Positions 52,413-62,169 are shown, numbered from the stretch's first letter. The stretch: DNA of 64,000 nt from an uncultured Lachnospiraceae bacterium (GCA_910578175.1 CAJTPF010000017.1:573-64572), one strand, 5' to 3'. Numbers and translations: made by a program. The notes: generated by a model from the letters alone, not told the origin.

Positions 52413-53519
52413 TCAACCGACTGCATTTCCGCCCCGCATAATCGTATTAAGCTGTGACAGCAAATCCGCATTCCCATTCACCGATATATTCCCCACATTT
52501 TCGCAGATTCTCTCCAGATATTCCAGTTCTTTTAATTTGTACAGTGTCCGGTTTTCGTCCATCAGTTTTGCAGTATTTAACAGGGAGCGGGTTGAAGCTA
52601 CCTCTTCTCTGCGGGTGATGACATTTGCCTGTGCCCGTTTTTCAGCAATCAGTACGGAATTCATGATTTCACGGATTTCTCCCGGAAGAATGATATCCCG
52701 GATTCCGGCATCCATGATGTCGATATAAAATTCTCTGGCTTTCAGTTTCAGCTTTTCGAATACCTGTTCAGAGATTTCGTCTTTATTTTCCAGTATTTCA
52801 TCAATGGTATGTCTGCCGATGTATTCACGGAGTGCAAGTTGCGCCGCTATATGCAACTGTTCCTCATAATTGTCAATTTCGGTCAAAACTTTTGTGTAAT
52901 CTGTTATTTTATAATTGCAGATGAAATTGATTCGAAGGCATACTTTATCTTTGGACAGGATTTCCTGACCGGTAATGGTAAGCTGGGTTAAGCGTGTATC
53001 CACGTAATCGGCATTTACTTTCGTTTTGTATTGCCAAAAGTAATAGATACCGGAATCCAGCAGACGAACCAGGTGTTTATTATAGTAAAGACGGGCTTTC
53101 ATATATTCGGCCACCTCAACTTTGGTATACAGGTGCGTAGGAATCCGTGTGAACATGAATTGCGGTATTTCAGCGGCTGATTCCGGTTCCGTCATATTGA
53201 TCCGTGTAAAAGTATGTTTATCATGAACAGACCAGAATGCATATGTACCGGCTGTCAGGGCTTCCGTAAATCTGCCGTTTATGAAATGGAGCGCCAGTTC
53301 CTCATCCGGCACATCGATCACCGTGGTATCTGCAGCCACGGCAGAATTTTTAAGCAGTACATCCAAAGAAGCAATTTTTGAAGCAAGAGGCTGATCCAGG
53401 GATACCAATTCTATCTTTTTTTCGCCGAAGACATGATATTTACCGGCGTTTAACAGTGTTATGAATTTTCCGTTATGAAAGAGAAGTCCTCTTTGATTTT
53501 CTGTGATTATTGTTTTCAT
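52413..53519 (-). CDS. Cytosolic SPFH/band-7 (stomatin-prohibitin-like) protein with triplicated N-terminal beta-hairpin repeats, no TM segment
   Basis: The SPFH core (IDIMDAGIRDIILPGEIREIMNSVLIAEKRAQANV) is present. A repeated G.Y.FW motif occurs three times N-terminally. RBS caggagg precedes the start. Confidence 0.6.
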   Translation of the reverse strand: MKTIITENQRGLLFHNGKFITLLNAGKYHVFGEKKIELVSLDQPLASKIASLDVLLKNSAVAADTTVIDVPDEELALHFINGRFTEALTAGTYAFWSVHDKHTFTRINMTEPESAAEIPQFMFTRIPTHLYTKVEVAEYMKARLYYNKHLVRLLDSGIYYFWQYKTKVNADYVDTRLTQLTITGQEILSKDKVCLRINFICNYKITDYTKVLTEIDNYEEQLHIAAQLALREYIGRHTIDEILENKDEISEQVFEKLKLKAREFYIDIMDAGIRDIILPGEIREIMNSVLIAEKRAQANVITRREEVASTRSLLNTAKLMDENRTLYKLKELEYLERICENVGNISVNGNADLLSQLNTIMRGGNAVG

Positions 53520-53825
53520 ATATTAAACCTCCTGTTGTTAAAAATAATATCAATCCTTGAAAGCGCCTTTTTCCATGCAGGAAATGCGGCCGATAAATTT
53601 AGTTTTACTGCGGCATAAGCGGAAGCGCTGCTTTGGCTTATGAAGGATTAAAACGGTATCCTTTTCGGGCAGGGCATTTTCTGCATTGTTACTTCAAAGC
53701 AGATATGAAATGCAGGGCATTTGATACCTGACATCGAGTAACCGGAAAATGGCTGTTCTGATTTTGATTGTGTTCCTAACACAATGGCATAAAGCCAAAA
53801 ACCAAAGCCACTTGGCCGGAAGGAA

Positions 53826-53890
53826 AATCCGGGCAGGATTCGAACCTGCGATGTAAAAAGTTTTAGCATACATTTTGGTATAACCGGATG
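53826..53890 (-). ncRNA. tRNA-like element: acceptor-like stem, U8, 4-bp D-stem and canonical T-arm (GCAGGTTCGAATCCTGC) but no anticodon stem. It could be a Y-RNA/YrlA-like tRNA mimic or a degenerate tRNA-Arg remnant.
   Basis: The minus strand reads CATCCGG-TT-ATACcaaaatGTAT-g-(17 nt unpaired)-GCAGGttcgaatCCTGC-CCGGATT. It lies between the WYL gene terminator and the SPFH-rtcB operon. Confidence 0.4.
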
Positions 53891-53972
53891 AACTATGGTG
53901 AAATCCGTTAGGATTGATTCACCAACTGTTTTACAAGGGATATTGTAATGGAAAATCATGGAAGAATCACGG

Positions 53973-54024
53973 AAAAAAAGTTGCGAACTCTTATTTCGGT
54001 CCGCAACTTTTTTGTTGGATAAGC
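53973..54024. terminator. Bidirectional intrinsic terminator after the WYL-pair operon (minus strand)
   Basis: The stem agttgcg...cgcaact has an A-tract and a T-tract on either side. Confidence 0.6.
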
Positions 54025-54917
54025 CGTTCTTTTATTAAATCAATAAATGAACACGGCTCTGTGACTTTGATAAGTGGCCCGAAGGACAGAACCCGGATCA
54101 CCAGTTCGGTTTCATCCTCCCGGTTATAACGGATTTTAATCTGATACCGGTCGTCGGACAGGCGTCCCGCTTCTTTTTCAAAGTGGGCAAAATGCATCAT
54201 AACACGTTCCAGGGCATTCCGCCGGTCCTCCAGCTCCAGTATAAAATAACTGGAATTGGTTTTGGAGATATGATTTCTTATATCTGTATCTTCTGATAGT
54301 ATCCCGCAGGTTTCTATACGGCTTACATTGATGATATCCGTAAACCGGCAGCCGTCTACCAGCAGCCGGAATTTATCATCTTTTTCCGAGTATTCCAGCC
54401 GGACGGGGGAGCAGAAAAAGTTCCGGCGTATGCCTTTCTTACCCAAATAACAGACTTTTATTTTTTTTCGTGTCCGAAGGGCGGTTAAAATGGTATGGAA
54501 TATACGGATATAATGTTCCTCGGTGTAAGGGTCTCCGTCTCCGTATTGATCAAAGTTTACATAATCCGACGGGGTAAACAGCGGAGGTATATCTGTTTTG
54601 ATTATTTTCTGCAGAAATTCATATTCCTGCCGGAACAGACGGACGCGCGGATCCAGTGCGACAGCTTTCAGCCAGCGTAGTTCCAGTGTGGAAAGGGGAA
54701 GCGTGGGAGGGTGTTTTAACGGAGTATGCAGGGAAGAATCCAGTAACTGCCAGCGCTCCTGTTCCAGAGCCGGCAAAATAGTGAGAAAGCTTTCCGAGAA
54801 TGTATTCCGGGTGACGAGTTCTTTCATTCTGGCTTCCGTTAAAGTTCCGCTGACAGCGGAATCCAGTATTCTGGCTACCGCATTGTAATAGCAGCCGTAT
54901 ATTTCATGAAACAGCAT
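53991..54917 (-). CDS. WYL-domain regulator (WYL + C-terminal WCX), PafC-like partner
   Basis: It has a WYL-like core (IKVCYLGKKGIRRNFFCSPVRLEY...FRLLVDGCRFTDIINVSRI) and a WCX-like tail (LVIRVLSFGPLIKVTEP). It is translationally coupled to the upstream WYL gene. Confidence 0.55.
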   Translation of the reverse strand: MLFHEIYGCYYNAVARILDSAVSGTLTEARMKELVTRNTFSESFLTILPALEQERWQLLDSSLHTPLKHPPTLPLSTLELRWLKAVALDPRVRLFRQEYEFLQKIIKTDIPPLFTPSDYVNFDQYGDGDPYTEEHYIRIFHTILTALRTRKKIKVCYLGKKGIRRNFFCSPVRLEYSEKDDKFRLLVDGCRFTDIINVSRIETCGILSEDTDIRNHISKTNSSYFILELEDRRNALERVMMHFAHFEKEAGRLSDDRYQIKIRYNREDETELVIRVLSFGPLIKVTEPCSFIDLIKERLIQQKSCGPK

Positions 54918-56191
54918 TAGCAGTCACCTCCGATCTCATAGAGCTGATACATAGCTTCCAAATCCTGCCGGAACTGGTTTTCGATCGTACGGTTGGAAAA
55001 ATCCATAGAAGTAATGCGGCAGATAAAGGTTCGGATCCAGGGAATCATTTCATTGGTATCGAAGACATCTGCCGTAAAACGGTATGTATGTTCATCGGAA
55101 CGTTCCACGGCGCCGCAGCGTTTTTCACGTTCCAGACGCTGATATATGTATTCTTCACCGGTCTCTATACGAAGGGTAAATTCAACGTGTTCCAGACGAA
55201 ACTCTTTTATTTTTTCGTATCCGTTAGAAATTTCAAGGGAGACGTTACAGGAAATTCCCCACATATGGGATTGGATCTGCTGAAGTATTTCCCTTAGCCG
55301 GTCAAATTCATGAAAGGGTTCCAAAGGTTTTATACCGGTGATATAATCCAGCCGGTAGGATTTCATACAGTGAAGTTCCGGGTTATAAGACATAAGATAG
55401 CAGCGTCCGCTTTGGACACTGATAAATATTTTAAGAGGAATCACCCTCCATTCCCGGTGACGGCCGGTGCGACGGGAATAATTGATGATGGACACACATC
55501 GTTTTTCACTGATTGCCTCAAATAACCGGCAGAGAATTTCACTTTCCAAAGCATGGGTGATGTAGTGATGTTTAAACGTAAAATATTTCGTGTGATTTTC
55601 TGTTTTATCCAGCAGGAAACTTCCGATTACACCACAGGGAGCCGTTTCGGAGAAAAATTCCAGCATATCGGTGAAAGGTGGGAGTTTTGCCGGTCCGGTC
55701 CGGCTATATAGTATCTGACGGCCCTGTCTGCTGGCGGTCAGCAGACCCAGTTCCATATATTCCTTTAATTTTTTACGGACTGTAGATTTATCAAACAGGA
55801 TCGGACTGGTAAAGCCGCAGAGATATTCGTTGTCGATTTTATCAATGATTTCATCAATGGAAAGCCGCTGCTCCTCCATATGAAGAATGTCAAACAGAAT
55901 GAAGTGCAGCGTAATGTCTCCGTCCGTAAAACTTTTGGCTTTTAAGGCTTTGTAAAGCGGATTGTGAAAAGAATTTCTACTGTCAATGGATAGGAATATA
56001 TTTTTTCCGGCAGCAGTCTGATGAAATCCCATATAGTCTCCCAGATAGCTTTCAATCCTTCTCCGTTCATTATCATAGGAGCGGGCGCTTTTTTTATTAT
56101 ATTCCTCCCGGCTTTTAAAACCATACAGATAAAATTCCCGCATATAGTCCCGGATACGTTCAAAATTTTTGATCAGTTCATGGTAAGCCAT
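54917..56191 (-). CDS. HTH-WYL-WCX transcriptional regulator (PafB/BrxR/CapW-like)
   Basis: It has a WYL domain (REWRVIPLKIFISVQSGRCYLMSYNPELHCMKSYRLDYITGIKPLE), an N-terminal wHTH-like region and a C-terminal WCX-like segment. Confidence 0.65.
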   Translation of the reverse strand: MAYHELIKNFERIRDYMREFYLYGFKSREEYNKKSARSYDNERRRIESYLGDYMGFHQTAAGKNIFLSIDSRNSFHNPLYKALKAKSFTDGDITLHFILFDILHMEEQRLSIDEIIDKIDNEYLCGFTSPILFDKSTVRKKLKEYMELGLLTASRQGRQILYSRTGPAKLPPFTDMLEFFSETAPCGVIGSFLLDKTENHTKYFTFKHHYITHALESEILCRLFEAISEKRCVSIINYSRRTGRHREWRVIPLKIFISVQSGRCYLMSYNPELHCMKSYRLDYITGIKPLEPFHEFDRLREILQQIQSHMWGISCNVSLEISNGYEKIKEFRLEHVEFTLRIETGEEYIYQRLEREKRCGAVERSDEHTYRFTADVFDTNEMIPWIRTFICRITSMDFSNRTIENQFRQDLEAMYQLYEIGGDC

Positions 56192-56272
56192 TGGTATCTC
56201 CTTCCGGTATTATAACAGGCGATTGAAAAAATTCTTTCGAAACGGGGGAATCTTTTCAATCGCCTGAGTTTG

Positions 56273-57205
56273 TCAGGTTTCGAATACGGCCTGATAGATC
56301 TGTTCGATCAGATCTTCTAAATATGCTTCGTCCAGATTGCCGTATCTGGCGGTAATCTGTTTTCTCAGATAGTCGGTGCGGTTAAAATACAGGGTTCCTT
56401 CGTTTTCGGTGGTTTCGTAGTTGGAATCCAGCTCTGCTGCCGTTTTTTCGGTAAATTCAGACAGGATATCTGCGGTCAGCTGTTCTTCCTCACCGATTTC
56501 GTTTTTTATGGTATTGGATTTTTTGTAGGCCAGGAATCCGCCGATGAGAAACACATTAAAAAGGGCTCCCATAACGATCAGAAATAAAATATTAGTGATT
56601 CCGTTGTAATCAGGACCGAAAGGAATCAAGCCCAAAGACTTTCCGATCAGATAAATATCTCCCAGCAGTCCTGTCAGAATCAGGGTCAGGGCAGAACCGC
56701 GCAGGTCTTTGTATTTATCCGCTTTTTTTACATAATTGGCAGGAGCCTCTTCCAACGGGGCAGAAGCAGGCTGTTCCGGATCCGGCGCATTTGCGGCTTC
56801 TTCTTTTAATTCATTGTCAAAAAAGATATTTAACAGACGTTTTACGTTTTGTTCATGGGGAGCGTCGGTATAGATACAGAAGCTTTCCTTTTCATCATCA
56901 TAGTGCTGTTCCACCGCGTTTATTCCGGAATATTTCAGGTATTCGGTTAGTTTTGATATGTATTCCTCATCTTTATCAAAATACATGGGAATCTTTAATT
57001 CAAAGTCTGGAAGTTTATCGATTAACGGACTGTTACAGTCCGTACAGAGTGTTATGCCGTCTTCGTATTCCAGTTTACATTTTGGACAAATTGCCATAAG
57101 ATGCTCCGTTCCGCCGTACGGTTCTGATATCGTCCGGCATTTTATTTTTATCGTTTTATATGCCTTTGTATAGTATGGATTTTCCTGCTTTACGGTCTGA
57201 ATCAC
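56273..57205 (-). CDS. Zinc-ribbon membrane protein (hypothetical)
   Basis: A Cys4 ribbon (CPKCK...CTDCN), two TM helices and an acidic C-terminal region are present. Confidence 0.4.
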   Translation of the reverse strand: MIQTVKQENPYYTKAYKTIKIKCRTISEPYGGTEHLMAICPKCKLEYEDGITLCTDCNSPLIDKLPDFELKIPMYFDKDEEYISKLTEYLKYSGINAVEQHYDDEKESFCIYTDAPHEQNVKRLLNIFFDNELKEEAANAPDPEQPASAPLEEAPANYVKKADKYKDLRGSALTLILTGLLGDIYLIGKSLGLIPFGPDYNGITNILFLIVMGALFNVFLIGGFLAYKKSNTIKNEIGEEEQLTADILSEFTEKTAAELDSNYETTENEGTLYFNRTDYLRKQITARYGNLDEAYLEDLIEQIYQAVFET

Positions 57206-57993
57206 TTCTTTAAAGGAAAATTCCGGATTTCGTAGGCTGTATATTCGTGGTCATAATGATACCCTAATTTTTCCGCTAATGCAACAGAAATTTTGTTTTG
57301 GGCGTCCCATGACGGATACAGGTTTCGGGCGAGACATTCCAGTATCAGCCGGGCTCCGCAGGCATAAGCCAGTCCTTTTTGACGGAATTCTTTTCTGGTA
57401 TCGATTTCTATTTCGATTCCGTTTTGGTATCTGGAATAGGAAGAAGCGCCGGAAACCAGGGTGTCTTTATAAAAAACAGCAGCGCCCAGTCCCAGCTTCC
57501 GGTATGCGGGATAGTCCGGGAACCGGGAAACGAGGTCGCGGCTCCATTCTTCTTTCTGACAGAGATGATAAATTTCATCGTCTATCAGTTTCATTGAATA
57601 TCCGGATGAAAGTGAGGAAACGACCTGATGTAATTTTTTTATGTCAAAGATATCCGGCTCTTTTCTGATGGCATAGCGTGTTACTTTTTTTGCATTGGCA
57701 CCATAACAGGTTTCGATCAAAGCCTGCCACTGAGGCGTTTGGGGAACCAGAATGAGAAAGTCCAGATCAAAATCGGGAGCTTTTCGGTTTTGGATGAATG
57801 TTACCAGTTCCCGGCTGGGAACGCCTGCCAGAAAGCAGAAATCCCCTAAGACAGCCGCTGAAGATCCGGGGTCTTGCACATCATCTGCATAGATACTGCC
57901 CATGGTCCGGTCCAGACAGGACCAGATGATTGTTTCATTCCAGTGTCGGAACAGATAGGCAGCGGTTTGTGTATGTTCTATTCTATATATCAT
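57202..57993 (-). CDS. GNAT-family N-acetyltransferase (C-terminal GNAT fold) with an N-terminal unknown domain
   Basis: A motif-A-like segment (RQKGLAYACGARLI) lies in the C-terminal half. Confidence 0.45.
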   Translation of the reverse strand: MIYRIEHTQTAAYLFRHWNETIIWSCLDRTMGSIYADDVQDPGSSAAVLGDFCFLAGVPSRELVTFIQNRKAPDFDLDFLILVPQTPQWQALIETCYGANAKKVTRYAIRKEPDIFDIKKLHQVVSSLSSGYSMKLIDDEIYHLCQKEEWSRDLVSRFPDYPAYRKLGLGAAVFYKDTLVSGASSYSRYQNGIEIEIDTRKEFRQKGLAYACGARLILECLARNLYPSWDAQNKISVALAEKLGYHYDHEYTAYEIRNFPLKK

Positions 57994-58333
57994 TTCTTTT
58001 TCTCCGTTTGGGTTTTACCAGATCATAACTCTCACCGATCAGTTGTTTTACGGTATCTGCCGGTACGCTTCCGTCCATGATAACGGAATTCCAGTGTTCT
58101 TTATTCAGATGGTAGGCGGGAAGGATGGAGGAAAAAGAGTTTCTAAAGAAGTCCCGCCATTCCGGATCTGTTTTCAGGTTTATCCAGATCTGCTCCTGCC
58201 GTTCAAAGATCCAGGCAAAGATTTTGTTATTCTGTTTACATCGGATCACTGTCCAGTTGACATCACGAAACGGATAATCTTCATAAGTATCCGGCATGGT
58301 CAGACAGTAGTTGATTAATTCCTGCCGAGTCAT
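57983..58333 (-). CDS. MmcQ/YjbR-family DNA-binding protein
   Basis: The N-terminus (YCLTMPDTYEDYPF...W) is typical of YjbR. Confidence 0.65.
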   Translation of the reverse strand: MTRQELINYCLTMPDTYEDYPFRDVNWTVIRCKQNNKIFAWIFERQEQIWINLKTDPEWRDFFRNSFSSILPAYHLNKEHWNSVIMDGSVPADTVKQLIGESYDLVKPKRRKRNDI

Positions 58334-58710
58334 GGGTACCTCCTTGTTTTGTGGTTTTCATTGCCAGCTATTTTTAATTTTTCCTGAAAGAGTTATAACT
58401 TATATTATAAATGGGAATCCCATAAATTACAATCATTTGTCATTTGAAAACGAAGCTGACAGGAGGTATAATAATACTATCCGGCGGATTTGTGTCTGTA
58501 TTGATGATACGAATCCGTTTATACAGTAAGCAGAATGAAAGGGAGGAAAAAAGATGAAGAAACGGATTTTATTAAGAAACAGCCTTGACCAATCCATTGC
58601 CCATGCAGAATAGCAGACATATTTAAATCTGTATGGGCGGATAACCCTGTATGTTCTGCTGATTCTGCACTTTATTTATTCTAAAATAAATAAGGAGCAA
58701 AGGAATTGAA

Positions 58711-58971
58711 ATGAAATATAAAAATGCAGCAGAAATTTTACCAGCATCTTTATTGAAGGAGTTACAAACATATATCAATGGGGATATTTTGTATGTTCCC
58801 AAAGCGGATTCCAAAATGGAATGGGGCAGTCTCAGCGGGTCGAGACTCTATTATCAGCAGCGGAACCGGGAAATCAGGGAGAGATGGAATACCGGAGTTT
58901 CCATTGATATGTTGGCGAATCAATATGGATTGACAGGCAGTACCATCAAAAAAATCATATATCGGCAATAA
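58711..58971 (+). CDS. CD3324/Mor-like small DNA-binding protein
   Basis: It is about 86 aa with a conserved W...SR..YY..RN..I signature and an HTH-like tail. Confidence 0.45.
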   Translation: MKYKNAAEILPASLLKELQTYINGDILYVPKADSKMEWGSLSGSRLYYQQRNREIRERWNTGVSIDMLANQYGLTGSTIKKIIYRQ

Positions 58972-59109
58972 AAAGAGATGTCTGAATAAGTCAGGTGTTT
59001 CTTTAAAAGAAAATACTTTATGGTTTGGCGGCAGAGTCCGGAGATACGGACTCTGCTGTTTTTTCATGATTAATCAATGTATTTATTAACAAAATCAAAG
59101 GATTCATTC

Positions 59110-59589
59110 TTATTTGTGATACGGTTCATTTGAATTAATCCGAAAGGAGCGGTAGATCTGTTCCAGCAATATTACCCGCATAAGCTGATGCGGAAATGTC
59201 ATTTTTGAAAAACTCAGTTTATAATCGGCCCGTTTGGAGACGGCTTCCGAAAGTCCGAGGGAGCCGCCGATTATGAAAGTAATATGACCTCGTCCGCTGA
59301 CACCAAGGGAACTGATGTGTGAGGCAAGTTCCGGTGACGTCAGCATTTTTCCGGCGATCTCAAGGGTGATGACGTAAGAATCCTCTTTCAGCTGTTTTAG
59401 GATTCGCTCGCCTTCTTTTCTTTTAACGCTCTCGTTTAATGCTTCAGAAGCATTTTCTTCTGTTTTTTCGTCAGTAACTTCTATAATATCCAGTTTGCAA
59501 TATCTGCCCAGGCGTTTGGTGTATTCATCAATTGCCATTGTAAGATATTTTTCTTTTATTTTTCCGACACAGATAATTGTGATATGCAT
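59110..59589 (-). CDS. rlmH: 23S rRNA (pseudouridine1915-N3)-methyltransferase
   Basis: The [16 protein letters not shown]-terminus and SPOUT fold at ~159 aa support the call. Confidence 0.85.
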   Translation of the reverse strand: MHITIICVGKIKEKYLTMAIDEYTKRLGRYCKLDIIEVTDEKTEENASEALNESVKRKEGERILKQLKEDSYVITLEIAGKMLTSPELASHISSLGVSGRGHITFIIGGSLGLSEAVSKRADYKLSFSKMTFPHQLMRVILLEQIYRSFRINSNEPYHK

Positions 59590-59814
59590 TTGTAAAACCT
59601 CGTAGGATGATTTATTTTTAAAGTATATTATAGTGTTATTTTACAATGACTTGATTAAAATTACAATAATATAAAAAATGAAAAAGATATTTACATTATT
59701 AAAAAAATGTTATATACTGTGTTTAGTGTAAAATTTTAGCGAAAGGTTATGTATAAAGTCGATATCGCAGGTAAACGGTATCTTTGCTTTCATTACAAAT
59801 AGAGGAATTGTGAA

Positions 59815-60993
59815 ATGAACAAAAACAGTGAAAAAGTACAGTCTCAGCAGATGATTTGCCCGGTTGCAAAAAAATGCGGCGGGTGTTCTTATATTGGAGT
59901 GGATTATGCGGATACGTTGGAGGAAAAGCAGAAGGTTGTAAATAAACTGATGAAGCGTTGCGGTACTGTTGAGAAGATTATAGGCATGAAGGAGCCTTGG
60001 TATTATAGAAATAAGGTTCATGCCGCATTTGGAAGGTTGAAGAACGGTACGATTATTTCCGGAACCTATGAGGCTAAGAGCCACAGAATCATTAATGTTG
60101 ATAGCTGCCTGATTGATAATCAAAAGGCGGATAAGATTATATATGATATTCGGAATCTGTTAAAATCATTTAAGATTAAGACTTATAACGAGGATACGGG
60201 ATATGGCCTGCTTCGCCATGTCTTGATCCGATGTGCGGAGGCAACCGGGGAAGTAATGGTGGTATTGGTACTTGGTTCACCGATTCTGCCGTCCAAGAAT
60301 AATTTTGTGAAAGCTATCAGAAAAATTCACCCTGAGATAAGCACCGTTATCGTTAATGTGAATGATAAAAAGACAAGCTTGATATTAGGTGAGAAAGAAC
60401 AAGTGATATATGGAAAAGGATATATTGTAGATGAACTGTGCGGTCTGAAGTTTCGGATTTCTTCAAAATCTTTTTATCAGGTCAACCGGAAACAGACAGA
60501 AGTTTTGTACGGAAAAGCCATGGAGTTTGCAGGATTGTCCGGCAGGGAGAGAGTGATCGATGCTTACTGCGGAATCGGAACCATTGGTATGGCGGCAGCA
60601 GGAAATGCCAGGGAAGTGATTGGAGTAGAGGTTAATAAGGATGCAGTTCGGGATGCGGTTCACAATGCGAAGTTGAATGGAATTCGGAACATTAGTTTTT
60701 ATTGTGCGGATGCCGGAGAATTTATGGTTGGCATGGCTGAACGGAAGGAGCATATTGATGTGGTGTTTATGGACCCGCCGAGAGCAGGCAGTGATGAGAA
60801 ATTTTTGAAATCGGTAGTGAAGCTGGGACCAGATAAAGTGGTGTATATATCCTGCAATCCGGTGACGCTGGCAAGAGATGTGGAGTATTTGAGGAAGATG
60901 GAGTATGAGGTGAAGAAGATACAGCCGGTGGATATGTTTGGGTGGACGGGGCATGTGGAGACGGTAGTATTGATGTCAAGGAAAGATAAATAA
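59815..60993 (+). CDS. 23S rRNA (uracil-C5)-methyltransferase RlmD/RumA family (Fe-S Cys cluster + SAM MTase)
   Basis: The CPVAKKCGGC cluster, the SAM motif DAYCGIGTIG and the catalytic-Cys region are present. Confidence 0.8.
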   Translation: MNKNSEKVQSQQMICPVAKKCGGCSYIGVDYADTLEEKQKVVNKLMKRCGTVEKIIGMKEPWYYRNKVHAAFGRLKNGTIISGTYEAKSHRIINVDSCLIDNQKADKIIYDIRNLLKSFKIKTYNEDTGYGLLRHVLIRCAEATGEVMVVLVLGSPILPSKNNFVKAIRKIHPEISTVIVNVNDKKTSLILGEKEQVIYGKGYIVDELCGLKFRISSKSFYQVNRKQTEVLYGKAMEFAGLSGRERVIDAYCGIGTIGMAAAGNAREVIGVEVNKDAVRDAVHNAKLNGIRNISFYCADAGEFMVGMAERKEHIDVVFMDPPRAGSDEKFLKSVVKLGPDKVVYISCNPVTLARDVEYLRKMEYEVKKIQPVDMFGWTGHVETVVLMSRKDK

Positions 60994-61175
60994 AAGCCAG
61001 AAAGTGGCGTATTTCCGGGCTTTTTAGGAAGTTGGGATTAGAAGCCTAACTCCTGAAAAGGCTCGGTTATTTTATATGGAAACATATCTACTGCGAAAAT
61101 GTGTGTCAGGTTGTGACTTCGGATTAGATAACACAAATTGAGTTAGTGGATTAGATGTCAGGGATTTTTGAGTGA

Positions 61176-62141
61176 GTGCTGAAAAATGACAACAAATCCG
61201 GCAACTCGATAGTAAAGGCATTTTCGGGCAGTGGATTAGATGTTATGGAAGGAGAAAAGTATATGATTGATACAAAGGAAAGAATAGCACGTTCAAATAT
61301 TTACAGCATTTTTGGAAAACTTATGAATAGACTCATTGACAATAACGATGATGGTGAAGTATTACTTAAAAAAGCAGGTTTATCATCATTTGTAGATGAA
61401 TATGAAAATAGATTATGTCCTTATTGGTATAATAGGGGTTATCAAAACAGAAATGACCAGTATAATCCAGAATACGCATTTATGTCTATCTGTGAGAAAA
61501 TAGAATCCGATGAAACGGCGTTGTTAAGATTTTTAAACACAATTTTGGAAAGTATTCATCAGATAGATGAACAGCAGTATGAGAAGTTAACGAATTACCT
61601 CAATGTAATTGGATATGAGTTGCTTGAAACTGTTGAGGAGGATGATTATTACGAAACAATAAATTATTCTCTTATTCCTGCTTCTAGTGGTGCGCAGCAA
61701 AGAAATTCAGACGTTACATATTTACGTTCTATGTTAGTAATGCATCATTCAGATTTGGTAATTCTTTACGATGAAGCTATTTCAAATTTTGGTTCGGGTC
61801 AATATGTAAGTTGCATTGAGAACTGTAGGTCACTTTTCGAGAGCTTTTTCAAAAAATTAGATACAGTTAATAATGATTATATTAAAGGCATTCTCAATGC
61901 AACTGGTGAGACAATTATAGAGAACGGTGCACAGCTTACATCTATAAAGAAGATATATACATATTGGATTACTAACAAAAAAGGTGCAAACAGATTCCGT
62001 TTATTTCAAACCATGTATAGTGTGATGTCTGGATTGGGGACACATCACGAAGATGTCGCTAGTAAAGAAGATGCATTATTGTTATTACGATATGTAGAAG
62101 ACTGCTTGTTGTGGTGTTTTAGAAAAGGTATTAATTGCTAA
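61176..62141 (+). CDS. Hypothetical protein (AT-rich islet)
   Basis: No recognisable domain was found. The likely start is MEGEKYMIDTK (61245) or MIDTK. GC content is lower than in the flanks. Confidence 0.35.
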   Translation: MLKNDNKSGNSIVKAFSGSGLDVMEGEKYMIDTKERIARSNIYSIFGKLMNRLIDNNDDGEVLLKKAGLSSFVDEYENRLCPYWYNRGYQNRNDQYNPEYAFMSICEKIESDETALLRFLNTILESIHQIDEQQYEKLTNYLNVIGYELLETVEEDDYYETINYSLIPASSGAQQRNSDVTYLRSMLVMHHSDLVILYDEAISNFGSGQYVSCIENCRSLFESFFKKLDTVNNDYIKGILNATGETIIENGAQLTSIKKIYTYWITNKKGANRFRLFQTMYSVMSGLGTHHEDVASKEDALLLLRYVEDCLLWCFRKGINC

Positions 62142-62169
62142 GTGAAATACTTGGAGAAAGGTAATAAAT

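Noticed and set aside
53520-53990. tmRNA (ssrA) hypothesis for the tRNA-like T-arm region
   Set aside because: There is no tag-peptide reading frame ending in ALAA-stop and no 5' GGGG...3' CCCC acceptor pairing about 350 nt apart. The region upstream is occupied by the WYL gene.
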